Shown here in pieces: positions 39,197 through 48,198 of a DNA stretch of 64,000 bases (the stretch's first letter is position 1; every line of letters begins with the position of its first letter). Below the pieces are notes generated by a model, which was given only the letters and a program-made list of their open reading frames with translations, made no database searches and was not told the DNA's origin. A program made the translations under genes and the position numbers. Source of the DNA: an uncultured bacterium (GTDB lineage: Bacteria > Bacillota_I > Bacilli_A > RFN20 > CAG-826). The stretch is taken from NCBI GenBank assembly GCA_949297805.1, contig CASFTG010000001.1, positions 70,716 to 134,715 of the forward strand. Direction: 5' to 3'.

Positions 39197-40338
39197 TGTA
39201 TCTTTTCTTCGATTTCCTTCGCGATCAAGACGCGGTTTCCTATTGTCTATCCGATGAACGGCTCCTTTGCCTTGATAAAGGGGTGGCTCCTATCGGGAGT
39301 GAACTTTTCCTCTCCTTATTCAGCGAATATCCCTTGGTTAGCTATGACGTTGAGCCTTTTTATCTTCGATTGAAGGCGAGGGGGTTTGACAAACGGTTCA
39401 CCGTCTTTGATCTTAAGCGGCTCTTCCGGGCATATTATGGGGTGGCGGAGGATATTCCTTACGCGGAAGCGAAGACCCAATTTGATGACCAAAGCTTATT
39501 GCAAGGCTGCGAGGCCTTTTCCTTCTTAGTCCACCTTTGCGATTATGAGGAAGAGGACGGGACTTATCTGCTTGGCCTCGATTACGGGGATTGCCTGCTT
39601 TCCTATCCCGAATGCGCCTTCGCCTTTGAGGCCTTGAACCAGTTCAAGCAAGCCAAGGAGCAACGGATCGCCGCCTTCGATCCGAGCCACATCAAACGGC
39701 TCCTCTTCTTCGATTTGGAATGCGCCAATTCCGATCAAAACATCGGCAAGATATGTGAGTTCGGCGGGGTTTATGCTTCCTTAAGCCTGCAAATCGAAGA
39801 GGAAGTGGAAATGCTCATCAATCCTGAATCGCCTTTTAAAGTCAATAAAGGCGGGCGGGGTTTGCAGCTTTATTACTCCAATGCCCAATATGAGAAAGCC
39901 CCGGCGTTTCCTGCGTATTACCAACTGATTAAAGAGATTCTAGAGGATGAATCGACTTTGCCGGTCGGGTTTGCCGCGACTAATGACTTTAAGTTTTTGA
40001 TGGGCGATTCGCTCCGTTATGGCTTAAACGGCTTTGATTTATTGGGGCTGGACATTCAGCCTCTGTCCGATCGCCTTTTAGGCAGCGAACGTTCCTTATC
40101 TTTAGAAGATGCTTTATTTGGCTTAGGTGGGGGCAATCCGAATAATTTGACCCCTCATCGAGCTTTAGATGATGCCAAATTGACTTTATTGGTCGCTAAA
40201 CAAGCCTTTGCCCGGGTCGAGGGAGGACTGCTCGGCTATTTGCAAAACAAAAGCGAGGGCTTCATCACCTCGCTTTACGTTGATAAGATGCTGGAGCATC
40301 CCTTGCCGAAGCTCCGTTATTGGTCGTATTGGAATTAA
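39196..40338 (+). CDS. DEDDh 3'-5' exonuclease (DnaQ-like) with a degenerate N-terminal domain
   Basis: ExoI FFDLEC, ExoII ATNDFKFL, ExoIII HRALDDA; TGATG coupling to the upstream gene. Confidence 0.8.
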   Translation: MYLFFDFLRDQDAVSYCLSDERLLCLDKGVAPIGSELFLSLFSEYPLVSYDVEPFYLRLKARGFDKRFTVFDLKRLFRAYYGVAEDIPYAEAKTQFDDQSLLQGCEAFSFLVHLCDYEEEDGTYLLGLDYGDCLLSYPECAFAFEALNQFKQAKEQRIAAFDPSHIKRLLFFDLECANSDQNIGKICEFGGVYASLSLQIEEEVEMLINPESPFKVNKGGRGLQLYYSNAQYEKAPAFPAYYQLIKEILEDESTLPVGFAATNDFKFLMGDSLRYGLNGFDLLGLDIQPLSDRLLGSERSLSLEDALFGLGGGNPNNLTPHRALDDAKLTLLVAKQAFARVEGGLLGYLQNKSEGFITSLYVDKMLEHPLPKLRYWSYWN

Positions 40339-40778
40339 TAAGCGGCTGGGTCGTAGCCGTATAAAAACTCTTTACTATCGTCTTGCTCAAAGGAATCGAC
40401 GTGGAGGAAGACCAATTTGTCTTTTCCAGCGAATTCCTCGATCCGCGTGACGGTGCATTCCATCTTGACTTTCGCCCCTTTGACTAAGGCGATATTCCCT
40501 TTTATTTCCATTGGGGCAAGGGCGAATTTATCGATTGCATCGCTATGGCCGCGTCCGAAGGAACTGGAAACGTCGGCTTGGTCGCTCGCTAAGGAAGAGA
40601 CGCCGACTTTCATCCCGACTTCGAGGTTATTGCTGGTTTTGGCCTGGCCACCTAATAACATGGCGATTTGATCGAAATCGATCATCATGGCCCAAGCGCA
40701 GGTCATGCCGTAATGGTGGCCGTCTTTGATATAGGCGACGATGGAGGCGCCGCAGTTGAAGGCTTTTAAGCTGGACAT
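40335..40778 (-). CDS. Flavin reductase-like FMN-binding protein
   Basis: GMTCAWAM, GVSSL, FG..HS..IDKF, MECTV pattern. Confidence 0.75.
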   Translation of the reverse strand: MSSLKAFNCGASIVAYIKDGHHYGMTCAWAMMIDFDQIAMLLGGQAKTSNNLEVGMKVGVSSLASDQADVSSSFGRGHSDAIDKFALAPMEIKGNIALVKGAKVKMECTVTRIEEFAGKDKLVFLHVDSFEQDDSKEFLYGYDPAAY

Positions 40779-40779
40779 A

Positions 40780-42135
40780 TTAGGCTCCTTTCACGACTTC
40801 GTTTTTCTCTTTGGAAAGATAACGGAGGAGGATCGGGGTGAGGAAGCTCGAGACCAAGATAAGAATGAGGGTGAAGGGGATGATGGCTGTCTCGACCAAT
40901 CCCGAATCGACCCCTTCCTGGGCGGTGACGATCAAGACCTCGGCCCGGGCCATCATGCCGATCCCGATGATGGCCGAGTCCTTATAACTGGATCCGGTGA
41001 TTTTGGCCCCGAGGCCGGCCCCAAGCACTTTTCCCAAGAGGCCGCAGACGACCCAAACCAGACCGAAGGCGATGAAGAGACCGGAGATTGAGGAGATCGA
41101 ATCGCCGCCGGATCCGCCGACGCCTAAGGAGGAGAACATCTTCAAGGCGACCGAAGCGAAGAAGACCGGGGTGAATAAGACATTCCCCGTCGTCTCGACC
41201 CGGTGATCGATATAGGAGGAGGCGCTGGTATTGGCTAATATCAAGCCGGCGACATAAGCCCCGGTGATATCGGCGATATGGAAGATCTCGGCCAAGAAAG
41301 CCCAGAGGAAGCAGAAGCCGAGCGAGAGCATCGGGATCCGGCGGTGATGGGGGTATTTCTTCCCCATCCAGTCGAAGAACTTATGGATGCCGATGCCTAC
41401 GCCGATCGAGATAATGAAGAAGGCGGCCATGATGAGAATGAGGAAGACGACTGACCATGCCGAATCCCCGGTCGGGATGATCCAGGGGGCGGTGGCTTCT
41501 TGCCCGCCGGAAAGAGAGATGACGATTGAGAGCAAGATGATGCCGATGACGTCATCGATGATGGCGGCGCTTACTAAGCTGGTGCCAACCGGCCCTTCTA
41601 GCTTGCCAAGTTCTTTCAAGGTGGCGACGGTGATAGAAACCGAGGTGGCGGTAAGGATGACCCCATAATAGACATCGGAATAGAAAGGCGAGGTCCCCGC
41701 TTGCTCCAAGCCAATATAGAACTCTTGATCCATATGGCCGAAGTAACGGAACATGAAGGCACAGAGGAAACCGAGGATTAAGGGGAAGAGAACGCCCATC
41801 GAGGTGATGACCATGCTCGACTTCCCTTGTTTCTTGATTTGGCCAAGGTTGGTGGTGATGCCGGCTTCGAAGAGGATCAAGACGACGCCGATCTTGGCGA
41901 GGTCATTAATACCCGCGACCGAGTAGTCGGTCAGGATGAATTGGCTTTCTTCCGGGATGAAATAGAAAAAGCCGACCAACAACCCGCCGAGCAGATACCC
42001 GATGACCTCAGGAATCTTGAAACGGGCCATTAGCAATGATAGTCCTTTGCCGATGATGAGGATGAGGCCGAGGGGCAGCAAAATCATGTACGGCTCATTG
42101 GTGAAGCTAGATGATATTAGGGAATTTAAGGACAT
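40780..42135 (-). CDS. Cation:proton antiporter (CPA2/NapA-like)
   Basis: IPEVIGYLLGG, LTATSVSIT, AAIIDDVIG, IGMMARAEV; GGAGGAG RBS before ATG 42135. Confidence 0.88.
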   Translation of the reverse strand: MSLNSLISSSFTNEPYMILLPLGLILIIGKGLSLLMARFKIPEVIGYLLGGLLVGFFYFIPEESQFILTDYSVAGINDLAKIGVVLILFEAGITTNLGQIKKQGKSSMVITSMGVLFPLILGFLCAFMFRYFGHMDQEFYIGLEQAGTSPFYSDVYYGVILTATSVSITVATLKELGKLEGPVGTSLVSAAIIDDVIGIILLSIVISLSGGQEATAPWIIPTGDSAWSVVFLILIMAAFFIISIGVGIGIHKFFDWMGKKYPHHRRIPMLSLGFCFLWAFLAEIFHIADITGAYVAGLILANTSASSYIDHRVETTGNVLFTPVFFASVALKMFSSLGVGGSGGDSISSISGLFIAFGLVWVVCGLLGKVLGAGLGAKITGSSYKDSAIIGIGMMARAEVLIVTAQEGVDSGLVETAIIPFTLILILVSSFLTPILLRYLSKEKNEVVKGA

Positions 42136-42222
42136 ACATACTCCTCCCATTCGGGCAATCATACGCTTGTGCGCGCGTAAATAAAGGCTCAATTCACGTC
42201 CTATTCGAAAAGGCTGCAAAAC

Positions 42223-42666
42223 CTAACCGAAATGACGGAAATAGCCTTTGGGGGTGGGCTCTACGATGTCTTTGATGACCGTTACGCATTCCCGGTTATG
42301 CTGATCGCGGATGACTTCGCCCGTCTCATCGACCTTAAAGCCGTTAATGGTGAAGAAACGAAGCATTTCCAATGGGGCGAGGGCGATGAGCTTGCGGGCC
42401 CCGGTTTGCCGCGCCCGGGTGGCGAGGAAGCGAAGAGCATAGGAACCTAGTTGCTTATGGCGGAGGCTAGGGGGAACGATCAGTTCATCAAGTTGGCAAT
42501 GCTCAGGGTCTAAGGGATGGCAATAGGCCAAAGCCAGGATATAGTCATCCTTAACCAGGGCGAAATTAAACCCGCCGGCCTCTTCATGTGCCGGGGTTTT
42601 CCCATATTCTTGCTGATACAAAGGGGAATCAACTATTTTTCCGAATTCGAACTTGCCGCTTACCAT
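42223..42666 (-). CDS. GNAT family N-acetyltransferase
   Basis: LIVPPSLRHKQLGSYAL (motif A) and FFTINGF (motif B). Confidence 0.7.
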   Translation of the reverse strand: MVSGKFEFGKIVDSPLYQQEYGKTPAHEEAGGFNFALVKDDYILALAYCHPLDPEHCQLDELIVPPSLRHKQLGSYALRFLATRARQTGARKLIALAPLEMLRFFTINGFKVDETGEVIRDQHNRECVTVIKDIVEPTPKGYFRHFG

Positions 42667-42704
42667 CTGCTTGCCTTTTCGCCGGGGTAATCTATTATAG
42701 GCCC

Positions 42705-43334
42705 ATGCTGCACCTTGGCCTCTATTTGAAACATCGGAAAAACAAGATTCTTGCCGTCGGCCTCTCTGGCTTAGCGACCGTCTTGCTTTGCCTTTGCTTT
42801 TTTCTCGACATGAGCGCCCTCGACTGGATGTTTGATTTCACGACCTTGTGGAACTACCTCCTCTATTTCATCGCTTATTTGATCATCCTCATCTGCAACA
42901 TTCGAAACGACAACGCCGCCTACCGGGGGATCACCCTTTTCGTTTTCTTCATGGCTTTTGACCAGATTTGGTCCGGACTCATGATGGGCGGCACCGCCTT
43001 CGCCCTCTTCTCGGGGGCTGATCCGGTCTCGTTGACTTTGGTGATCATTTACTTGCTTTCGGTCATCGTCGGCGGGGTCCTCGGCTTCATCCTTTACGCC
43101 AAGATATTCAAGTACATGATCAATCCCCTTGCCGATTATCGGCCGGTCCGGAAATACGGGATCATCTATTCCTCGTCTTTGTTCTTCATTTTGGCTTTGC
43201 TCATCGGGATGGAGATGTATGTTAATCCCTTAGCGAGCGCCCTCGACATCGCCGTTATCTTCCTTCTTCCGATTTCCGAACTCATTATGTCGGTCGCCAT
43301 CGTCTTCACCTTGGAACGGCTCTATCGTAAGTAA
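42705..43334 (+). CDS. Hypothetical multi-pass membrane protein
   Basis: About 6 TM segments; TTGCCT-16-TATTAT-6-ATG at 42705. Confidence 0.75.
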   Translation: MLHLGLYLKHRKNKILAVGLSGLATVLLCLCFFLDMSALDWMFDFTTLWNYLLYFIAYLIILICNIRNDNAAYRGITLFVFFMAFDQIWSGLMMGGTAFALFSGADPVSLTLVIIYLLSVIVGGVLGFILYAKIFKYMINPLADYRPVRKYGIIYSSSLFFILALLIGMEMYVNPLASALDIAVIFLLPISELIMSVAIVFTLERLYRK

Positions 43335-43375
43335 TTATTAATATTATTAATCGGGCGTGGTATCATTACGCGCCG

Positions 43376-43456
43376 TAAGGGGAGTAGCGCTCGCTCGGAT
43401 CTCGACATCCCGCTGAATAAGCCGGGACCGAGGGGGTAACACCTCGCGAGACCTTA
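43376..43456 (+). ncRNA. yybP-ykoY (Mn2+-sensing) riboswitch
   Basis: Hallmark TAAGGGGAGTAGC ... GCGAGACCTTA ends, internal ctcgg/ccgag stem with bulge; upstream of a P-type ATPase; TG-n-TATCAT promoter at 43358-43366. Confidence 0.85.
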
Positions 43457-43480
43457 ACTCATTTGAGAGAAGGACAAAAT

Positions 43481-46246
43481 ATGTACGAAGACAAGAACGT
43501 CAAAGAAACCTTGACCGCCTTTTCGGTCGATCCCGAGGTTGGTTTAAGCGCCGATCAAGCGAAGCAGAAACTCGAGACCGAGGGGCGGAACAAACTCGAC
43601 GAGAAACCGAAGGATCCTTGGTACGTCATCTTCTTCAACAACATGAAGGATCCGATGACTTTGATTTTGTTTATCGCCGCTCTAATCTCGGTGGCTTTAG
43701 GCATTTATACCGTTGTTAAAGAACCCGAGCTCCCCTTCGATGAGAAGTTCGAGCAATTCGTCGACGTCATCATCATCTTCTTAGTTGTTTTATTAAACGC
43801 CACCATCGGCACCATCCAAGAGATGAAAGCCGAGAAAGCGCTTGAAGCCCTAAAGAAGATGTCGGCCCCGACCGCGACCGTGCGGCGGGATGGGAAACTG
43901 ATTGAAATCCCGGCTGAAGAAGTCGTGACCGGCGATATTGTCATTCTTGAGGAAGGGCGGACCGTTCCGGCCGACCTCCGGCTCATCAAGACCTTCTCGA
44001 TGAAAGCCGACGAATCCTCCTTAACCGGGGAATCGGTCCCGGCTGAGAAAGATGCCTCGATTGTCTTAACCGGCGAATCGGGCGTCGGCGACCGGGTCAA
44101 TGAAGTGTTCATGTCGACCCCTGTCGTCTATGGCCGGGGTGAAGGCGTGGTCATCGCCACCGGGATGAAAACCGAAATTGGCCGCATCGCTTCGATGCTT
44201 TCCGGCGAAGAGGACGATATGACCCCTTTGCAGAAGAAATTGGCCCAGCTTTCGAAGTTCCTTGGCATGTTGACCGTCGGGGTTGTCATCTTGATGCTAG
44301 TCGTCAAGATCATCTGGGCTTTGATCCAATCCAATATCGCCACTACCTGGAGCGATGCCCTTCTTGATTCGGTCGCTTTAGCCGTCGCCGCCATCCCAGA
44401 GGGGCTGACCGCCGTCGTCACCATCGTCTTGGCCCTCGGGGTCGGGAAGATGGTCAAGGTCAATACCATCGTTCGGCGTTTAGCTTCGGTTGAGACCTTA
44501 GGGGCCGTCTCGGTCATCTGCTCCGATAAGACCGGCACCCTTACCCAAAACAAGATGACCGTCGTCGAGGCTTATGTCCCGGGGATGATCACGAAGAAAG
44601 ATCAATTCGAGTCGAATAAAGCCAATTTGACCTTATTGGCCAAAGGCTTATCGCTTTGCAGCGACGCCAAAGTCGAAGGCGGAATCTACGGCGACCCGAC
44701 CGAGGTCGCCTTGGTTGAATTCGCCATGAGCCTCGGGATGAAGAAGACCGAGTTAGAGAAAGAAAGCCCCCGAATCAACGAAGCCCCCTTCGATTCGGTT
44801 AGGAAGATGATGTCGACCCTCCATAATGATGGAGGCAAATCGATCCAATTCACCAAAGGGGCGATGGATCAAGTTTTAAAACATACCACCCATATCCTAG
44901 ATAACGGCGTCGTCCGCCAGATCACCGATAAAGACATCGAAGCCATCAAAGAGGCGTCGTCCGCCATGGCTTCGGAAGCCCTCCGGGTCCTCTCCCTCAC
45001 TTACCGTGAAGGCGGGGAAGTGGAGGAAGACAGCCTCATCTTCGTCGGCTTAGTCGGCATGGTCGATCCTCCGCGGGAAGCGGCTAAACCGGCGGTTAAG
45101 ACTTTAAAGAAAGCTGGAATCGTCACCATCATGATCACCGGTGACCATAAAGACACTGCCTTCGCCATCGCCAAAGAACTTGGCATCGCCGATAGCGAAG
45201 CCCAGGTCATGTCTGGCGATCAGATCGATGCTTGCACCGATGAGGAATTGCAGGAGAAGGTCAAGACCTGCCGGGTGTTCGCCCGGGTCTCGCCCTCGAA
45301 TAAGGTTTCGATCGTTAAGGCCATTAAGGCCAATGGGCTGACGGTCGCCATGACCGGGGACGGGGTTAATGATGCCCCGAGCTTAAAGGCCGCCGACATC
45401 GGCATCGCCATGGGCATCACCGGGACCGACGTCGCCAAAGGGGCGGCTGATATGGTCTTAACCGACGATAACTTCGCCTCGATCGAGAAAGCGGTCGAAG
45501 AAGGGCGGGGGATCTACGCCAACATCAAGAAGACCGTCTTGTTCTTGCTCTCGTCCAATATCGGGGAAGTGGTGGCGATGCTTATCGCCGCGATTATCGG
45601 CATCCCATCCCCGCTTATCGCCATCCATTTGCTTTGGGTCAACCTCATCACCGACTCTTTCCCGGCCATCGCCTTAGGGGCCGACAAGAAGCCGGACGAC
45701 ATCATGAATGATAAGCCGCGTGACCCGAAGGAATCGCTTTTCGCCCATGGCGGATATCTAATCACCTTTGGCTATGGCGTCGTCATCGGCCTTATCACCT
45801 TAGCCGCTTTCTTAATCGCCCCGATCAACGAGCTCTCGGCTTATAACGATGCTAACGGCACCAGTTTGAATCTTTGGGATTTCCTTTCCACGGCCAACGA
45901 GATCGGCGAAGGGATGGTGGTGGAAGAAGCCCAGTCGATGGCCTTCTGCGTCCTGGCTTTCTCCGAGCTATTCCACATGCTTGGCATGACCAACACCAAG
46001 AAGAGCTTCATCCACGTCTTCGCCGACAAGAACCCGATGCTTTGGATCGCCTTATTCGGCGGCATCGCCTTGCAGCTATTCGTCATTGAGGTTCCCTACA
46101 TCAACACTTTCTTCAAGGTGTATCCGCTCCACGACCACCCGCTCGATTACCTCTATGTATTCGTATTGGCCATCGTGCCCTTAGTGATCCATGAGGTCGC
46201 GGTCCTGATCCAGTGGATCGTGAAGAAAAAGAAAGAAGCGAAATAA
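43481..46246 (+). CDS. P-type IIA cation (Ca2+/Mn2+) transporting ATPase
   Basis: LTGES, IPEGL, DKTGTLT, KGA, MITGD, GDGVNDAP, LWVNLITD. Confidence 0.93.
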   Translation: MYEDKNVKETLTAFSVDPEVGLSADQAKQKLETEGRNKLDEKPKDPWYVIFFNNMKDPMTLILFIAALISVALGIYTVVKEPELPFDEKFEQFVDVIIIFLVVLLNATIGTIQEMKAEKALEALKKMSAPTATVRRDGKLIEIPAEEVVTGDIVILEEGRTVPADLRLIKTFSMKADESSLTGESVPAEKDASIVLTGESGVGDRVNEVFMSTPVVYGRGEGVVIATGMKTEIGRIASMLSGEEDDMTPLQKKLAQLSKFLGMLTVGVVILMLVVKIIWALIQSNIATTWSDALLDSVALAVAAIPEGLTAVVTIVLALGVGKMVKVNTIVRRLASVETLGAVSVICSDKTGTLTQNKMTVVEAYVPGMITKKDQFESNKANLTLLAKGLSLCSDAKVEGGIYGDPTEVALVEFAMSLGMKKTELEKESPRINEAPFDSVRKMMSTLHNDGGKSIQFTKGAMDQVLKHTTHILDNGVVRQITDKDIEAIKEASSAMASEALRVLSLTYREGGEVEEDSLIFVGLVGMVDPPREAAKPAVKTLKKAGIVTIMITGDHKDTAFAIAKELGIADSEAQVMSGDQIDACTDEELQEKVKTCRVFARVSPSNKVSIVKAIKANGLTVAMTGDGVNDAPSLKAADIGIAMGITGTDVAKGAADMVLTDDNFASIEKAVEEGRGIYANIKKTVLFLLSSNIGEVVAMLIAAIIGIPSPLIAIHLLWVNLITDSFPAIALGADKKPDDIMNDKPRDPKESLFAHGGYLITFGYGVVIGLITLAAFLIAPINELSAYNDANGTSLNLWDFLSTANEIGEGMVVEEAQSMAFCVLAFSELFHMLGMTNTKKSFIHVFADKNPMLWIALFGGIALQLFVIEVPYINTFFKVYPLHDHPLDYLYVFVLAIVPLVIHEVAVLIQWIVKKKKEAK

Positions 46247-46252
46247 GCTATT

Positions 46253-46279
46253 GAGGCGTCCGCTGGGCGCCTCTTTTTC
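46253..46279 (+). terminator. Intrinsic terminator after the P-type ATPase
   Basis: gaggcgtc...gggcgcctc hairpin followed by ttttt. Confidence 0.75.
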
Positions 46280-46317
46280 TTGTTTGGTGGGCTATAGGCG
46301 TGTAAAGTATGCCTTGC

Positions 46318-46393
46318 GCCGACTTAGCTCAATTGGCAGAGCAGCGGTATCGTAAACCGCAGGTTGGAGGTTCGATTCCTCTAGTCGGCACCA
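46318..46393 (+). tRNA. tRNA-Thr(CGT)
   Basis: Acceptor gccgact/agtcggc, anticodon arm gcggt-atCGTaa-accgc, TTCGA loop, encoded CCA. Confidence 0.93.
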
Positions 46394-46441
46394 GCAGTTT
46401 ATCCGGCCGGTTCATCCGGCCTTTCTTTTGTAAAATAGTGC

Positions 46442-46470
46442 TTGATATGGGTGGGGGAGGGCTCTATAAT
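46442..46470 (+). promoter_or_regulatory. SigA promoter for tRNA-Val
   Basis: TTGATA-17-TATAAT. Confidence 0.75.
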
Positions 46471-46507
46471 AGCCGAGCCGTCAAAAAGGCGGCGATATCG
46501 TGACCTT

Positions 46508-46583
46508 GGGTGTTTAGCTCAGCTGGGAGAGCACCTGTTTGACGTACAGGAGGTCACAGGTTCGATCCCTGTAGCACCCACCA
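46508..46583 (+). tRNA. tRNA-Val(GAC)
   Basis: Acceptor gggtgtt/agcaccc, anticodon arm cctgt-ttGACgt-acagg, TTCGA, CCA; ccgcgg hairpin terminator at 46595-46616. Confidence 0.94.
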
Positions 46584-46666
46584 CTTGCAAGACTCCGCGG
46601 AAATCCGCGGTTTTTTGTTGTCAAGGGGAGGGGGTTAGCCTAAAATTTGCTTGAGGGTTTTATCAT

Positions 46667-47395
46667 ATGAAGTATAAGCATGTCAGAAGATCGGGTATCC
46701 TGTTCATCTTCCTTTCAATCATCACTTTATCCATTTGGACGCTGATTTGCCTTTCGATGGTCAATCGGGACGTCAATAAGTTCGCCAAGCGGAAGATGTG
46801 CCCTTATTGGATCGTCTGGATCCTCTCGCTTATCTTCCTTTTCATCCCGACTATGATCTGGATGGCGACTTTGTCACGCCGGATCGAGGAGGAAGCCTTG
46901 GAACTTGGCATCACCTCCCCGCGGACGGGATTTGGCAAGTTCTTCAATTGGTGCTTCTTTGGGTCGCTTATCGTCATCGGCCCCTGGATCGCCTATTGCT
47001 CCACCTTCCGGACCCTCAATGCCGTCTTAAAGCGGCTTAACCTCGTCGAACCGGTCGTTAAGCCGGTCGGCGCCGCCCCGGTCGCGGTCACCCCGAGCCA
47101 GGAAAAGAAAGCCGAGACCCCCGCGACCCCGGATGTCATCATCGTCCGGCCGGTGGAACCGAAGCCCGCCCCGGTAGAAAGCAAGCCCGAGGACATCAAG
47201 CTCATCGAGCAGAAGAAAGTCGAGCCCGCCGTCATCTTCGAAGGCTGCGCTCCCCAGGCCACTAAGAAGTGGCGGGTCCGTTATGCCTCGAGCAAGAACG
47301 CGGTCATGAGTTTCTCCTCCCAAGAAGAGGCCATCAACTTCGCCAAAGAGCTGGCGATTAAAAACGGCGGCAGCGTTCGCGTCAAAGGCCGTTGA
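46667..47395 (+). CDS. Membrane protein: DUF4234-like TM region, Pro-rich linker, C-terminal DUF2188-like domain
   Basis: LSIITLSIW TM region; PVEPKP linker; KWRVRY...FSSQEEAINFAKELA. Confidence 0.7.
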   Translation: MKYKHVRRSGILFIFLSIITLSIWTLICLSMVNRDVNKFAKRKMCPYWIVWILSLIFLFIPTMIWMATLSRRIEEEALELGITSPRTGFGKFFNWCFFGSLIVIGPWIAYCSTFRTLNAVLKRLNLVEPVVKPVGAAPVAVTPSQEKKAETPATPDVIIVRPVEPKPAPVESKPEDIKLIEQKKVEPAVIFEGCAPQATKKWRVRYASSKNAVMSFSSQEEAINFAKELAIKNGGSVRVKGR

Positions 47396-47437
47396 CGAAT
47401 CGCCTCAATTATTGTTTAATACTCCTCGCTGAACCGC

Positions 47438-47511
47438 GCAGCCTTAGTTCAGTGGTAGAACACCAGCTTCCCAAGCTGGTTATACGGGTTCGATTCCCGC
47501 AGGCTGCTCCA
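47438..47511 (+). tRNA. tRNA-Gly(CCC)
   Basis: Acceptor gcagcct/aggctgc, U73, CCA; anticodon arm ccagc-ttCCCaa-gctgg; terminator at 47522-47550. Confidence 0.93.
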
Positions 47512-47700
47512 GTGAATGAATGCGGATCCTGAGGGGTCCGCTTTTTCTTTGGCGAGGATTTGCGAAAATTTTGCAAATTTCCTAGATTGCGCAAAACCTA
47601 GGTGGATTTTTCGCTTTGCGGATTTTATGAATTCCTTTATACGTGCGCGCGTTTGCATCTTATTGGGCAAGGCTTTATTATTCGCGTGGTGAATTTCGCG

Positions 47701-48195
47701 ATGATTGATTTACGGAAACATTGCATTGAACTGCTGGAATCTCGGGGCGTTACTGTCGACTCGATCGCCGACTGCGCCGTCTATCTCCAACACGCCTATT
47801 TTCCTGACCTTAAACGGGAGGATATGGTCGAGTCGGTGATGGATGTCCTTGGCAAACGGGAAGTCCAATACACCATCATGACCGGCATCGCCATCGACAA
47901 GGCCGCCGATAAGGGCGAGATCGAGGACCCGGTCCTGTTGAAGATGCTTCGAGAGGACGATGGGCTCTATGGGGTCGATGAGGTATTGGCCTATTCAATC
48001 TGCAATGTGTATGGTTCCATCGCGCTGACCAATTTCGGCTATATCGACAAAGACAAATACGGCATCGTGGGACAATTGAACAAGAAGAACCCTGACGGCT
48101 CCTATCCCGGCAACCACAACACCTTCCTTGATGACATCGTCGGGGCTATTGCCGCGAGCGCCGCCGCCCGATATGCCCACGCCCAGGAAAAATAA
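47701..48195 (+). CDS. pgpA: Phosphatidylglycerophosphatase A (YutG/PgpA family)
   Basis: KREVQ, LYGVDEVLA, YGSIALTNFGYIDK, TFLDDIVGAIAASAA. Confidence 0.85.
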   Translation: MIDLRKHCIELLESRGVTVDSIADCAVYLQHAYFPDLKREDMVESVMDVLGKREVQYTIMTGIAIDKAADKGEIEDPVLLKMLREDDGLYGVDEVLAYSICNVYGSIALTNFGYIDKDKYGIVGQLNKKNPDGSYPGNHNTFLDDIVGAIAASAAARYAHAQEK

Positions 48196-48198
48196 GCT

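Noticed and set aside
46309-47670. Short ORFs 46309..46503, 46442..46654, 47409..47594 and 47449..47670
   Set aside because: They overlap tRNA genes and are spurious translations
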